Position numbers and translations under genes: made by a program. From NCBI GenBank assembly GCA_963768855.1, contig CAVYJM010000009.1:1-52895 (forward strand): DNA of 52,895 nucleotides, in the 5' to 3' direction. Source of the stretch: an uncultured Thermoplasmata archaeon (lineage in GTDB: Archaea > Thermoplasmatota > Thermoplasmata > RBG-16-68-12). This document shows positions 45,237-52,895 of the stretch, piece by piece. Below the pieces are notes generated by a model that made no database searches, was not told the origin of the DNA, and was given only the letters and a program-made list of their open reading frames with translations. Every line of letters starts with the position of its first letter. Within the stretch, counting starts at the first letter, position 1.

Positions 45237-46319
45237 ATGGGAATCGAGACGGTCCAGCGGGCGGGGAACCAGGCCTTCCTCGACACCTTCGACTTCGGCA
45301 AGCCGAAGGTCCTCATCATCGGATGCGGCGGGGGCGGCGGCAATTCCGTGGCGCGGCTGCACCGCCTCGGGATCCACGGCGCGCGGACCGTCGTCGTGAA
45401 CACGGACGCGGTCCACCTGGATTCCATCACGTGCGACCGCAAGCTCCTCATCGGTGCCGGCGTGACGCGCGGCATGGGTGCGGGCGGGAAGCCTGAGATC
45501 GGGGAGCGGTGCGCGGAAATCGCGGAGCAGGAGCTCCGCAATCTCATTGGCGACGCAGATCTCACCTTCGTAACCGTGGGCTTAGGCGGAGGGACGGGGA
45601 CCGGCGTCGCCCCTTATATTGCGGAACTCGCGCAGGCCGCAGGCAGCGTGGTCATCACGATGGCCACGACGCCGTTCAAGGCGGAGCGCGGCCGCATGGT
45701 GAACGCGCTGGCGGGGATCCAGCGCCTCAAGGCCGTGTCGGACAGCCTGATCGTCCTGGACAACAACCGGCTCCTGGACCTCGTCCCGAACCTGCCCGTC
45801 GAGCAAGCCTTCGCCGTGATGGACCACCTCATCAGCGAGGTGATCAAGGGCGTCACGGAGTCGATCACGCTGCCCTCCCTGATCAACCTCGACTTCAACG
45901 ACGTCCGCACGATCCTCCAGGGCGGAGGCACGTCTACGATCTTCTACGGCGAGAACGCGGAGGAGGATCCGGCGAAGCTGGTCGCCGAGACCCTCGAGAA
46001 TCCCCTCTTCGACGTGGACTACCGCGGCGCGCGGGGCGCGTTGATTCACATCAGCGCCGGGCCCGGGATGCGCCTCCGGACGGCCCACGAGATCGTCGAG
46101 GGCCTCACTGCCCAGATGCGTCCCGAGGCCAACGTCATCTTCGGCGTGCGCGTGGACCGGAAGTACGAGGGCATCGTCCGGGTCCTCGCGATCATGACGG
46201 GGGTGCGTTCACCCCTCCTCGAGTCCGTCGATCCGACCGTGGCCTTTGCCGACGATCCCAGCCTCGCCCTGGTGTCGGAGGTCGTGCCCCTCGCGTCCTC
46301 CGTTTCTCGGCGGCGCTGA
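45237..46319 (+). CDS. ftsZ: Cell division protein FtsZ
   Basis: IGCGGGGGNS, NTDAVHL, GMGAGG.PE.G, GLGGGTGTG, PF..E, DNNRL, INLDFNDV. Confidence 0.96.
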   Translation: MGIETVQRAGNQAFLDTFDFGKPKVLIIGCGGGGGNSVARLHRLGIHGARTVVVNTDAVHLDSITCDRKLLIGAGVTRGMGAGGKPEIGERCAEIAEQELRNLIGDADLTFVTVGLGGGTGTGVAPYIAELAQAAGSVVITMATTPFKAERGRMVNALAGIQRLKAVSDSLIVLDNNRLLDLVPNLPVEQAFAVMDHLISEVIKGVTESITLPSLINLDFNDVRTILQGGGTSTIFYGENAEEDPAKLVAETLENPLFDVDYRGARGALIHISAGPGMRLRTAHEIVEGLTAQMRPEANVIFGVRVDRKYEGIVRVLAIMTGVRSPLLESVDPTVAFADDPSLALVSEVVPLASSVSRRR

Positions 46320-46391
46320 GCCTCCTGCCTTGAGGGCGCGCAGGGGAGGGCCTAGCCCGGATGCCGGCTTCTCCAAACTCGGATGCTCGGA

Positions 46392-47096
46392 TCACTGAGG
46401 CGGCGGCGGGGGCGGCGCGGACATCTGGACCGGAGCGGGCTGCGGGGCCGCATCGGCCTCGATGGCCTGGGTCAGGTCTGCCGGCTTCAGGCGCACGCGG
46501 ACGGTCTCGGGCTTCGGCTTGATGAGGTTCCAGCCCGCCTTCGTGATCATCCCTCCCGCCACGGCCATCGCGAGGAGCATGCCGGTCGTCAGGAGCACCA
46601 CCGCGAGGGGCAGGAGCGCGCTCCCGAGATCGAGATTCACGTTGAGCTGCGAGCTCGGGTCGCCCGCGCTCACGCCGGAGCGCGTCCCGGTCGCGTTGAC
46701 CTCGACCTGGGCGAACGCGCGGCTCTGGTGGTTGTCGGCATCGTGGACGATGAGGCTCACCTGATAGCCTCCGGGGCTGGCGTAGTTGTGCGGGCCGGGG
46801 TTCTGCCCGGACGCGCCCTGTCCGTCTCCGTAGTCCCAATTCCAGGATGTGATGGAGGCCGCGCCGGCCTGGGAGTTGTCCTGGGTGTTGAGCGTGAGGG
46901 CGTCGCTGTTCCAGTTGAACGACGCCGTGGGAGGCGTCGCCTGCTGGCTTGCGGGCACCTGCCCTTGGACGAAGCTCCCCGGGCTCTGGGCGAGCGCGTA
47001 CGCCTGGGTGAACGTGAACAGGAGGAGGACGAGGCCGAGGGCCAGAACGCCGATTCCGAGGAGAAGGTCGATCGTGTCGCGTTTCAGATGACTCAC
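46392..47096 (-). CDS. Two-TM membrane protein with extracellular PKD domain and Pro-rich tail
   Basis: TM1 LLLGIGVLALGLVLLLFTF; PKD motif ITSWNWDYGDG...HNYASPGGYQVSLIV.D; TM2 LLPLAVVLLTTGMLLAMAV. GTG 47096 lies 31 nt after TTTAAG. Confidence 0.8.
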   Translation of the reverse strand: MSHLKRDTIDLLLGIGVLALGLVLLLFTFTQAYALAQSPGSFVQGQVPASQQATPPTASFNWNSDALTLNTQDNSQAGAASITSWNWDYGDGQGASGQNPGPHNYASPGGYQVSLIVHDADNHQSRAFAQVEVNATGTRSGVSAGDPSSQLNVNLDLGSALLPLAVVLLTTGMLLAMAVAGGMITKAGWNLIKPKPETVRVRLKPADLTQAIEADAAPQPAPVQMSAPPPPPPQ

Positions 47097-47173
47097 CGCG
47101 CGTTCCACGTCGGGAAGCCTGCTTAAAGAAGAGCAGGCGATTTTCACGACTGAGAATAGGATTCTTGCGGCGG

Positions 47174-49084
47174 TCAGCCACGGAACGTCGGGCGGGCGCT
47201 GACGAGCACGTTCTCGGCGAGCGAGCGGAACGGCCGTCCCGCGGTCTGCGCCAGGACGACCTCGTGGAGCTCCTCCACGGCCATCTCCTTCTGTTCCTTC
47301 GTGGCCCGAACGCGCACGTTGAGCTTCCCCGACTCGATCTCCTTCTTGCCCACGACGACGATGAACGGGACCCAGTCCTTCTCCGCGCGGCGGATCTTCT
47401 TGCCCAGGGTGTCGTTCGTGTCGTCCAGGTCCGCCCGCACCCCGTCGAACGCGGCGAGGAGCTTCCGCGCATGGTCGAGCTGGTCCTCGCTCACCGGGAT
47501 GATCCGGACCTGGGTGGGCGAGAGCCAGAGGGGGAGCATCGGCGGCTTCCCCGCCTTGATGTCGGCCGCGGCCTTCTCGAGGAGCGCGTACAGCACGCGT
47601 TCGATCGCGCCGCTCGGCGAAAGGTGGAGGATGAGCGGGTGCCGCTTCGCGCCCTTCTCGTCCACGTAAGTGATTCCGAAGCGCTCCGCGTTCTCCGTGT
47701 CGATCTGGTCCGTCGTGAGCGCTGCGGCCTTGTCGTTCGCGTCGACGAAGTTCCACTCGTACTTCAGGATGAAGTAGAAGAACTGATCGGACCACATTTC
47801 GACGAGCAGCGGCTTGCCCCAGCGCCTCGCGTACGCCTTCACGAAGTCGCCATGCTCCTTCCAGAACGGCTCCGTGACGCGCATCCCGACCTCGAAATCG
47901 TCGGGCAGGGTGAAGCCGCAGTCCTGGAGGAGCTTCCAGGCGACCTCGAGGCGGACCATCATGTGCTCCTTGGCCATCGCGACATCCGCCACGAGCGCGT
48001 GGCAGTCCGGCATCGTGAAGGCCCGCAGCCGGCGGAGGCCCGCGAGCTCGCCACGCTGCTCCGCGCGGAACGAGTAGCGGGTGAGCTCGTACAGCGGGAG
48101 GGGGAGCTGCTTGTACGACAGGACCATGTCCTTCATGATGAGGAACTGGCCGAAGCACGCGCTGAACCGGAGGAAGGCTTTCTTGTTCGGGGTCTGGACG
48201 ACGTACTGACGAGCCGGGAAGCGGTTCAGATAGGACTTCAGCGCGGGGTGCTCGAAGTCGTACATGACGGGGCACTCGACCTCCATGGCCCCGTACTCCC
48301 GCACCCGCTTGGAGACGAACTCCTCCAGGAGCGCTTTGATGAGCCGGCCGCGCGGATAGTACCTCAGGTTCCCCGGGTCCGACCCAGGCTCGTAGTCCAC
48401 GAGCTCGAGCTCCTGCATGAGGCGGACGTGGGGCGGCTCCTCCTTCACCTCGCGGGACTTCGCCATCTCGTACTGCGCGAAGCGCCGCAGGCGGTCGTGG
48501 CCCTTGAAATCGAACCCCGCGACCCTTCCTTCCTGGATGGCGAGCGGATGGAGTTCACCGTTCAGGTCGAGGATGTACCAGTGCGAGACCAGTTTCTGCT
48601 CTGCTTTGAGCGCCTCGTTCGCCATCTCCTTGGGCTCCTCGCTCGCTGCCGGAACGGCTTCCGCGACGATCTCGCGGGAGAGTTCGCTGAGCGGGTGGCC
48701 CTTCACGCTGACCTGGAAGGACTTGTAGTAGCCGAAGGGGGAGGCGTGGACCTCGTATCCTCGCTTCACGAGTTCGGCCTCGAGGGCCGCGAGGACGGCC
48801 TGCGCGGGCTCGGGTGCGGCGAGGTCGGAGCTCAGATGGGCATACGGATACAGGGCGATGCGCTTCGTGTGGACCTGGCCCGCGACGTCCTCGACGTTCT
48901 TGGCGGCCGCGAGGGCGGCCGCCTTCGGGTCCTTCTCGTCGCGCTTCTCCGCGCTGATGAAGCACACGAGGGCTTCGTCCACGCGACCGTGCTTGCGCTC
49001 CTGCGGGATCTCGCCGATGGACTTGAGCGCCTTGCCCGTCACCTCGTACTCGAGGTAGTCCACGTGGAGGAAGAGGACGCGCAT
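47174..49084 (-). CDS. thrS: Threonyl-tRNA synthetase, archaeal type with N-terminal editing domain
   Basis: MRVLFLHVDYLEY, LYPYAHLSSDL, PFGYYKSF, LRFSACFGQF, EQRGELAGLRRLRAFTMPDCH, SGAIER, LWLSPTQVR. Confidence 0.97.
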   Translation of the reverse strand: MRVLFLHVDYLEYEVTGKALKSIGEIPQERKHGRVDEALVCFISAEKRDEKDPKAAALAAAKNVEDVAGQVHTKRIALYPYAHLSSDLAAPEPAQAVLAALEAELVKRGYEVHASPFGYYKSFQVSVKGHPLSELSREIVAEAVPAASEEPKEMANEALKAEQKLVSHWYILDLNGELHPLAIQEGRVAGFDFKGHDRLRRFAQYEMAKSREVKEEPPHVRLMQELELVDYEPGSDPGNLRYYPRGRLIKALLEEFVSKRVREYGAMEVECPVMYDFEHPALKSYLNRFPARQYVVQTPNKKAFLRFSACFGQFLIMKDMVLSYKQLPLPLYELTRYSFRAEQRGELAGLRRLRAFTMPDCHALVADVAMAKEHMMVRLEVAWKLLQDCGFTLPDDFEVGMRVTEPFWKEHGDFVKAYARRWGKPLLVEMWSDQFFYFILKYEWNFVDANDKAAALTTDQIDTENAERFGITYVDEKGAKRHPLILHLSPSGAIERVLYALLEKAAADIKAGKPPMLPLWLSPTQVRIIPVSEDQLDHARKLLAAFDGVRADLDDTNDTLGKKIRRAEKDWVPFIVVVGKKEIESGKLNVRVRATKEQKEMAVEELHEVVLAQTAGRPFRSLAENVLVSARPTFRG

Positions 49085-49169
49085 GCCTCGGGGCCTATTC
49101 CTTGAAGGTATAAAGTTCCTGCGCGGAGACCGCCTACGCTGAAATAGGCCGCCGCCGTTGGCTCTTCGC

Positions 49170-50035
49170 ATGGCCGGCCCCGCGAAGGTCTGGCGCCACC
49201 GGACCGGGGAGATCGTCCTCGACCGGACTCGGGTCATGGGTGTCCTGAACGTCACGCCGGACTCGTTCTCCGACGCGGGCGTCCACTACGAATACGACGC
49301 GGCAGTCCGGCGGGGGCTCGAGATCGCCGATCAGGGGGCCGACCTGATCGACATCGGTGGGGAATCGACACGGCCAGGGTCCGATTCGGTCTCCGCGGAG
49401 GAGGAATGGCGGCGCGTGGGCCGCGTGATCGAGACCCTCGCCCGGAAGGTCGACGTCCCCCTCTCGATCGACACGATGAAGATCGAGGTGGCCGGGAAGG
49501 CCGTCGACGCGGGCGCATCCGTCGTCAATGACGTGTCCGGGATGCGGGACCCTGCGTTCATACGTCTGATCGCTTCGCGTCAGGTCGGCGTCGTGGCGAT
49601 GCACATGCTCGGCAACCCGAAGACGATGCAGCAGAACCCGCAGTATGCGGACGTCGTCGGTGAGGTCCGGGGATTCCTGGCCGCGCGCATCGGCGCCCTG
49701 GAGGCCGCAGGGGTTCCCGCCGACGCTATTGCGGTGGATCCAGGCATCGGCTTCGGGAAATCCATGGATCACAACCTCGCCTTGTTGCTGGCCTCCCCGA
49801 TCTCGCCGCCCTGGGGCATCCCGTGGTTATCGGCGTCTCGCGCAAGTCCTTCATCGGGAAGCTGGGAGCGGGCGAGCCGGGGGAGCGCCTTCCCGGGAGC
49901 CTGGCCGCCGCGACCCTCGCGGTTGCCCGTGGAGCCCAAGTGGTCCGGGCCCACGACGTCCTCGAGACCGTCCGCGCGATGCGGGTCGCGGATGCCCTCG
50001 TCGCGCGTGGGGGACCTCGCTCGCCAAACCTTTAA
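49170..50035 (+). pseudogene. folP: Dihydropteroate synthase, split by a -1 frameshift near 49782-49787 (possibly a sequencing error)
   Basis: VMGVLNVTPDSFSD, IDIGGESTRPG, SIDT, NDVSG, DPGIGFGK, then in the next frame VIGVSRKSF...VRAHDV. Confidence 0.88.
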
Positions 50036-50059
50036 TCTCGGGGTGACATTCGGTCGATA

Positions 50060-50416
50060 ATGGTAACCCGCAAGGCGATCGGGTCGGTAGCGGAAGACTA
50101 CCGGGACATCGTCGTCGCCACGGTCTGTTCTCATTCCTCCCTCCAGATCTTCCACGGTGCGCGCCAGGAAGGTTTCAAGACCCTCGGCATCGCCATCGGG
50201 AAGCAGCCTCGCTTCTATGACGCCTTCCCGCTCGCAAGGCCGGACGAGTTCCTCCTCGTAGACTCCTACAAGGAGATCGCGGATCACGCGGACGATCTCA
50301 TCGCCCGCCAGGTCGTCACGGTCCCCCACGGCTCGTTCGTGGAGTACATGGGGGCCGACACGTTCGCGAAGCTTCGCGTTCCGACATTCGGCAACCGGAG
50401 CGTCTTGGCGTGGGAG
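50060..50416 (+). pseudogene. purP: 5' part (119 codons) of FAICAR synthetase PurP, interrupted by foreign sequence
   Basis: ATVCSHSSLQIFHGARQEGF, VPHGSFVEYMG, PTFGNRSVLAWE. Recognisable homology stops at WE (expected continuation WESDR) and the ATP-grasp domain is absent. Confidence 0.85.
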
Positions 50417-50453
50417 TGTCAGGAAAGACGGGACCCGCGTCCGGTGACCTATG

Positions 50454-50473
50454 CCCCAGGCTCACAGCTGGGG
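50454..50473 (-). terminator. GC-rich hairpin downstream of the last foreign gene
   Basis: CCCCAG-n8-CTGGGG, 13 nt past the stop at 50487. No U tract. Confidence 0.4.
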
Positions 50474-50486
50474 GAGCAGGCGTCGG

Positions 50487-51061
50487 TCAAACGCGAGCGA
50501 CCGTGGCTTCGGTGGCAATGGCATCGAACATCTGAGAGAGCTCGTCGAGGTACGGAAGCGAGAGTGTTTCGAAGTGGAAGAAGTGCCACCGTGGAGGTGT
50601 CGACGCCGAAGGCATAGCGATAACTAGCCAGGTAGGGCCAAAGGCCGTTCTCGTCGGCGAGGCGGGTCCTCGCCTCGTAGCGACGCGGCCCGCGCGAGGT
50701 GACCGTCGGGTCTGCGCATCATGGTGATTGCGGTCTCGAGCGTCTCGAATGGACTGTCTGCTACAAGATCGCGGAGGGCGCCGGGCCCTGTACCTGTTTC
50801 GGTCAGGAGGGCGACCGCGCACCAGGCCTGGACGCTTCCGGATGGATCTTCGCCAGGGATAAACAGGGAAGCGAACGCATGGATTCCGAGGTCTTCGAGG
50901 TAGGCCGCCAGCTCAACGAGGCTGGTACTCATTGCCGTGGCGAAATCAGGGCTCAACTGGGCTGCTGAGTCAGTGATGTCCTGTAGAGCTGCGGCGTTAT
51001 CGGCGCCGGTCAGGATGACGCCCCAGGGCTCGGGGAAAGGCAGGCTCAAGGAGACAGTCAT
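50487..51061 (-). CDS. Hypothetical protein reconstructed across two +1 frameshifts
   Basis: MTVSLSLPFPEPWG...SLRGEDP / LADENGLWPYLASYRYAFGVDTSTVALL / HFETLSLPYLDELSQMFDAIATEA, joined by removing one C at each of two CC sites. Confidence 0.5.
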
Positions 51062-51642
51062 CGCTTCACCTGGGCATTGATGTTCACAAGGTGGTCTTCC
51101 TCGGGACGTTTGAAATACTCCTCCACCTTGTCCTCGACTGCATCGAGCACCGCCTCGGGAAGCGCTACGACGGCGTCCGATTCAGCGCTCGCCTGCACGA
51201 CATCCCGGACAGCATGATCGGCCAGGTGGGCCGGATCGGCTGCCGGCATTCCGCTGTTTCCCGGAAGCCACCCCCCTGGTGGGATGTTCGAGCCTTTGAG
51301 GATCGACTGGGTGACGCGGCAGCCGTTCTTGTCCACGAGCTTGGATCCCGAGTCTTCGGCCTCACGGACGGCCCGGCTGATGTCACGCAGCTTCGTCTGA
51401 GTCTTTGGGTCCTTGTCCAGCTTGGTCATGGCCGACCGCAATGCGGGCCCCCAACCTTGTCCACCCTCGGAGGCCTGCTCCTCCGGTGGGCAGTGGGATG
51501 TCGCCGTGCCCGTTATCGCCAGCACCTTCTTCTCGGTACTCATACCGCACTCGGGCACCGGCATACGTCCAGCTTCGCACCACCGCCAGCGTAACGCCCA
51601 GCTCTGTCGTCTGTACCCGTCCCGCCAGTATCCGCACTTCAT
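51058..51642 (-). CDS. Hypothetical protein; the 5' part is probably frameshifted
   Basis: The C-terminal half reads well (AMTKLDKDPK...DAVEDKVEEYFKRPEEDHLVNINAQVKR) and ends in an ATGA overlap with the next gene. The N-terminal frame is ambiguous. Confidence 0.45.
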   Translation of the reverse strand: MKCGYWRDGYRRQSWALRWRWCEAGRMPVPECGMSTEKKVLAITGTATSHCPPEEQASEGGQGWGPALRSAMTKLDKDPKTQTKLRDISRAVREAEDSGSKLVDKNGCRVTQSILKGSNIPPGGWLPGNSGMPAADPAHLADHAVRDVVQASAESDAVVALPEAVLDAVEDKVEEYFKRPEEDHLVNINAQVKR

Positions 51643-51682
51643 GCCTGCCTCCCGTAGACCCGCGTCTTCTCGTCCGTGTCGG

Positions 51683-51810
51683 TTATGGTCCTGACGTCAC
51701 ACGTACAGCTCGAACATTGTCATCCCGCACCACCACCTTGATGCCCTTGGTCCGGCGTAACACCGTCACCATCCCCCTGCGTAGTTGATGTCGACTAATT
51801 CCTTCTTCAT
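51683..51810 (-). CDS. Tiny ORF, about 42 aa after adding one G in the G5 run (51773-51777)
   Basis: MKKELVDINYAG / GMVTVLRRTKGIKVVVRDDNVRAVRVTSGP. Confidence 0.3.
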
Positions 51811-51826
51811 GCTCGCATAGCCTCGA

Positions 51827-51931
51827 TTACGCCATGACGTAATCGCCCTCGGATATGACCTCGACGCGGTCATCATGTCTACGGTGTCGTCGGTGGTCCA
51901 TCCAGACTTCGATTTCAGGGTCTATCTTCAT
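51827..51931 (-). CDS. Tiny ORF, 34 aa
   Basis: MKIDPEIEVWMDHRRHRRHDDRVEVISEGDYVMA, directly upstream of the previous ORF. Confidence 0.25.
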   Translation of the reverse strand: MKIDPEIEVWMDHRRHRRHDDRVEVISEGDYVMA

Positions 51932-52376
51932 TCAGCTTAGTTACGAGTTACGTACACGCGTGGTCTCGCGCCGTTACCCGGTCTATCCGTTGACGCTACC
52001 CAAGCCGCTGCATGTGGGGGTGCCTGCCGACGCATTGACATGGCGGCCCTTCCTTCTATATTTGAGAACGGTCTGGGTTCTTCCTATATATCTCTCCATC
52101 TCTTAGGGTACTAACGTATTCGCATAGTTATTACCCTCCGCCGTCATCCGGTTTATACTGCAAATAGGGCAACCGCTTCCACCTTCCCGCCAACCGCTTC
52201 GCCTCTGCATTACGAGTGCTTGGCCTGCGCCTCTCCACGCAGCATGGGGGGTGCTCTCGCAGGACCCGTCCATAAACCTGACCCTCTCCCTCAGTACGCC
52301 CAGGGGCTGGACGTCGTATCGAGCCTAGATCCATTGGGAACATGAGGCAGCACGCGCTTCGCCTGTGCCCATACAT

Positions 52377-52895
52377 TTATGTACCGTCTAACCTCGGCCT
52401 GTTTGTAGGGCTGACGAACAAGTGCCTGTATTTCTCGTATAGGCGTGCACCGGAGAAGTCCGAGACCTTGTCGCAGGCGATCATATAGGCCTTGCCGTTC
52501 TTGATGGTCTCCTGGCTGGGCGTGGTCCACCCGACTTTGGACAGCGTAGGCCCCGCGCTGTTCGTGCCCCCCACTGTATAGACGGAGAGGGTCGACATGT
52601 CGAAGCCCGCGCCGGCGAGGAACGGGCCAAACTTGGCCGTGCCATCCGTCCGGAATCCCACCAGCGCATGCACGTTGGTGCCGGTGGAGCCGGGCACCCA
52701 CTCGATGCGGGGCGCGGTCGGCGGTCCGTGACCGTGCGCGTGAATGCATTCGTTGCATAGAAAAGATAGGCTTTGCCCGCCATCACCGAATTGAGGCTGT
52801 TGGCTCCCGGCTTCTGATTCGGTTGCCAGGTCAGGTATTCGGTTTCGACCTGGACATCGCCATTCGTTGTCGGCGAGCTGGCGCTGCCCGACCCG
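52377..52895 (-). CDS. C-terminal part of a hypothetical Gly/Thr-rich protein entering from the right edge; -1 frameshift near 52722-52727
   Basis: Open frame from the edge GSGSASSPTTNGDVQVETEYLTWQPNQKPGANSLNSVMAGKAYLFYATNAFTRTVTD / PPTAPRIEWVPGSTGTNVHALVGF...YEKYRHLF. Confidence 0.5.
   Translation of the reverse strand, partial: RVGQRQLADNEWRCPGRNRIPDLATESEAGSQQPQFGDGGQSLSFLCNECIHAHGHGPPTAPRIEWVPGSTGTNVHALVGFRTDGTAKFGPFLAGAGFDMSTLSVYTVGGTNSAGPTLSKVGWTTPSQETIKNGKAYMIACDKVSDFSGARLYEKYRHLFVSPTNRPRLDGT

Larger units (their letters stand above)
50417..52895. mobile_element. Foreign lower-GC segment (integrated element or chimeric join); no integrase or transposase visible
   Basis: Abrupt loss of purP homology, drop in GC and GC3, all genes on the minus strand, dense indels, many short ORFs. 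Confidence 0.5.

Noticed and set aside
47165-49105. 646-aa plus-strand ORF
   Set aside because: Antisense shadow of thrS. The same applies to ORFs 14844-16472, 21472-22896, 12543-14216 and similar.
52131-52376. 81-aa ORF MYGHRRSACC...
   Set aside because: No recognisable pattern and non-coding-like codon usage; not supported as a gene.
50417-52895. Specific IS, casposon or Tn7-like assignment
   Set aside because: No transposase, Cas1, integrase or paired terminal repeat is visible in the window; TGTCAGG alone is insufficient.
1-52895. tRNA, rRNA and CRISPR arrays
   Set aside because: No cloverleaf with a T-loop GTTCRAATC signature, no rRNA-like tract and no repeat-spacer array recognised by eye. 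A tRNAscan-SE/Infernal run would be definitive.

Overview
High-GC (roughly 65-70% by eye) archaeal chromosome segment. Archaeal markers include fibrillarin, Nep1, uS15, archaeal-type ThrRS, GHMP shikimate kinase, Orc1/Cdc6 and PurP, plus TATA-box promoters that appear mostly leaderless. DUF835, longin-like and tandem-RHH genes suggest Thermoplasmatota (inference). Contents in order: mre11-rad50 (the Rad50 has no Cys in its coiled coil, so no zinc hook); nep1; an FAD amine/amino-acid oxidoreductase; a catalytically degenerate FtsZ paralog; a 9-gene, 10-kb DKFP-type shikimate/tyrosine operon that carries its own asd and aspartate kinase; an M28 peptidase; a pstSCAB-phoU locus with a divergent AbrB-PhoU regulator and a downstream 34-aa ORF; an orphan FrhB-family protein beside an A-type Fe-S carrier; three large TPR genes (Zn-finger/HhH, Cys4 tail, SAP-like domain plus basic tail) coupled to fibrillarin; rps15-recJ; two DUF835 genes; cdc6 divergent from a J-domain gene and a SAP-like gene; dys; nudix-pncA; cdrS-like RHH-ftsZ; a PKD membrane protein; thrS; folP; and purP. 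purP is cut at about 50417 by lower-GC, indel-rich foreign DNA running to the window end, which is either an integrated element or a chimeric join. Several single-base frameshifts, mostly at short homopolymers, suggest long-read consensus errors. No tRNA, rRNA or CRISPR array was recognised.
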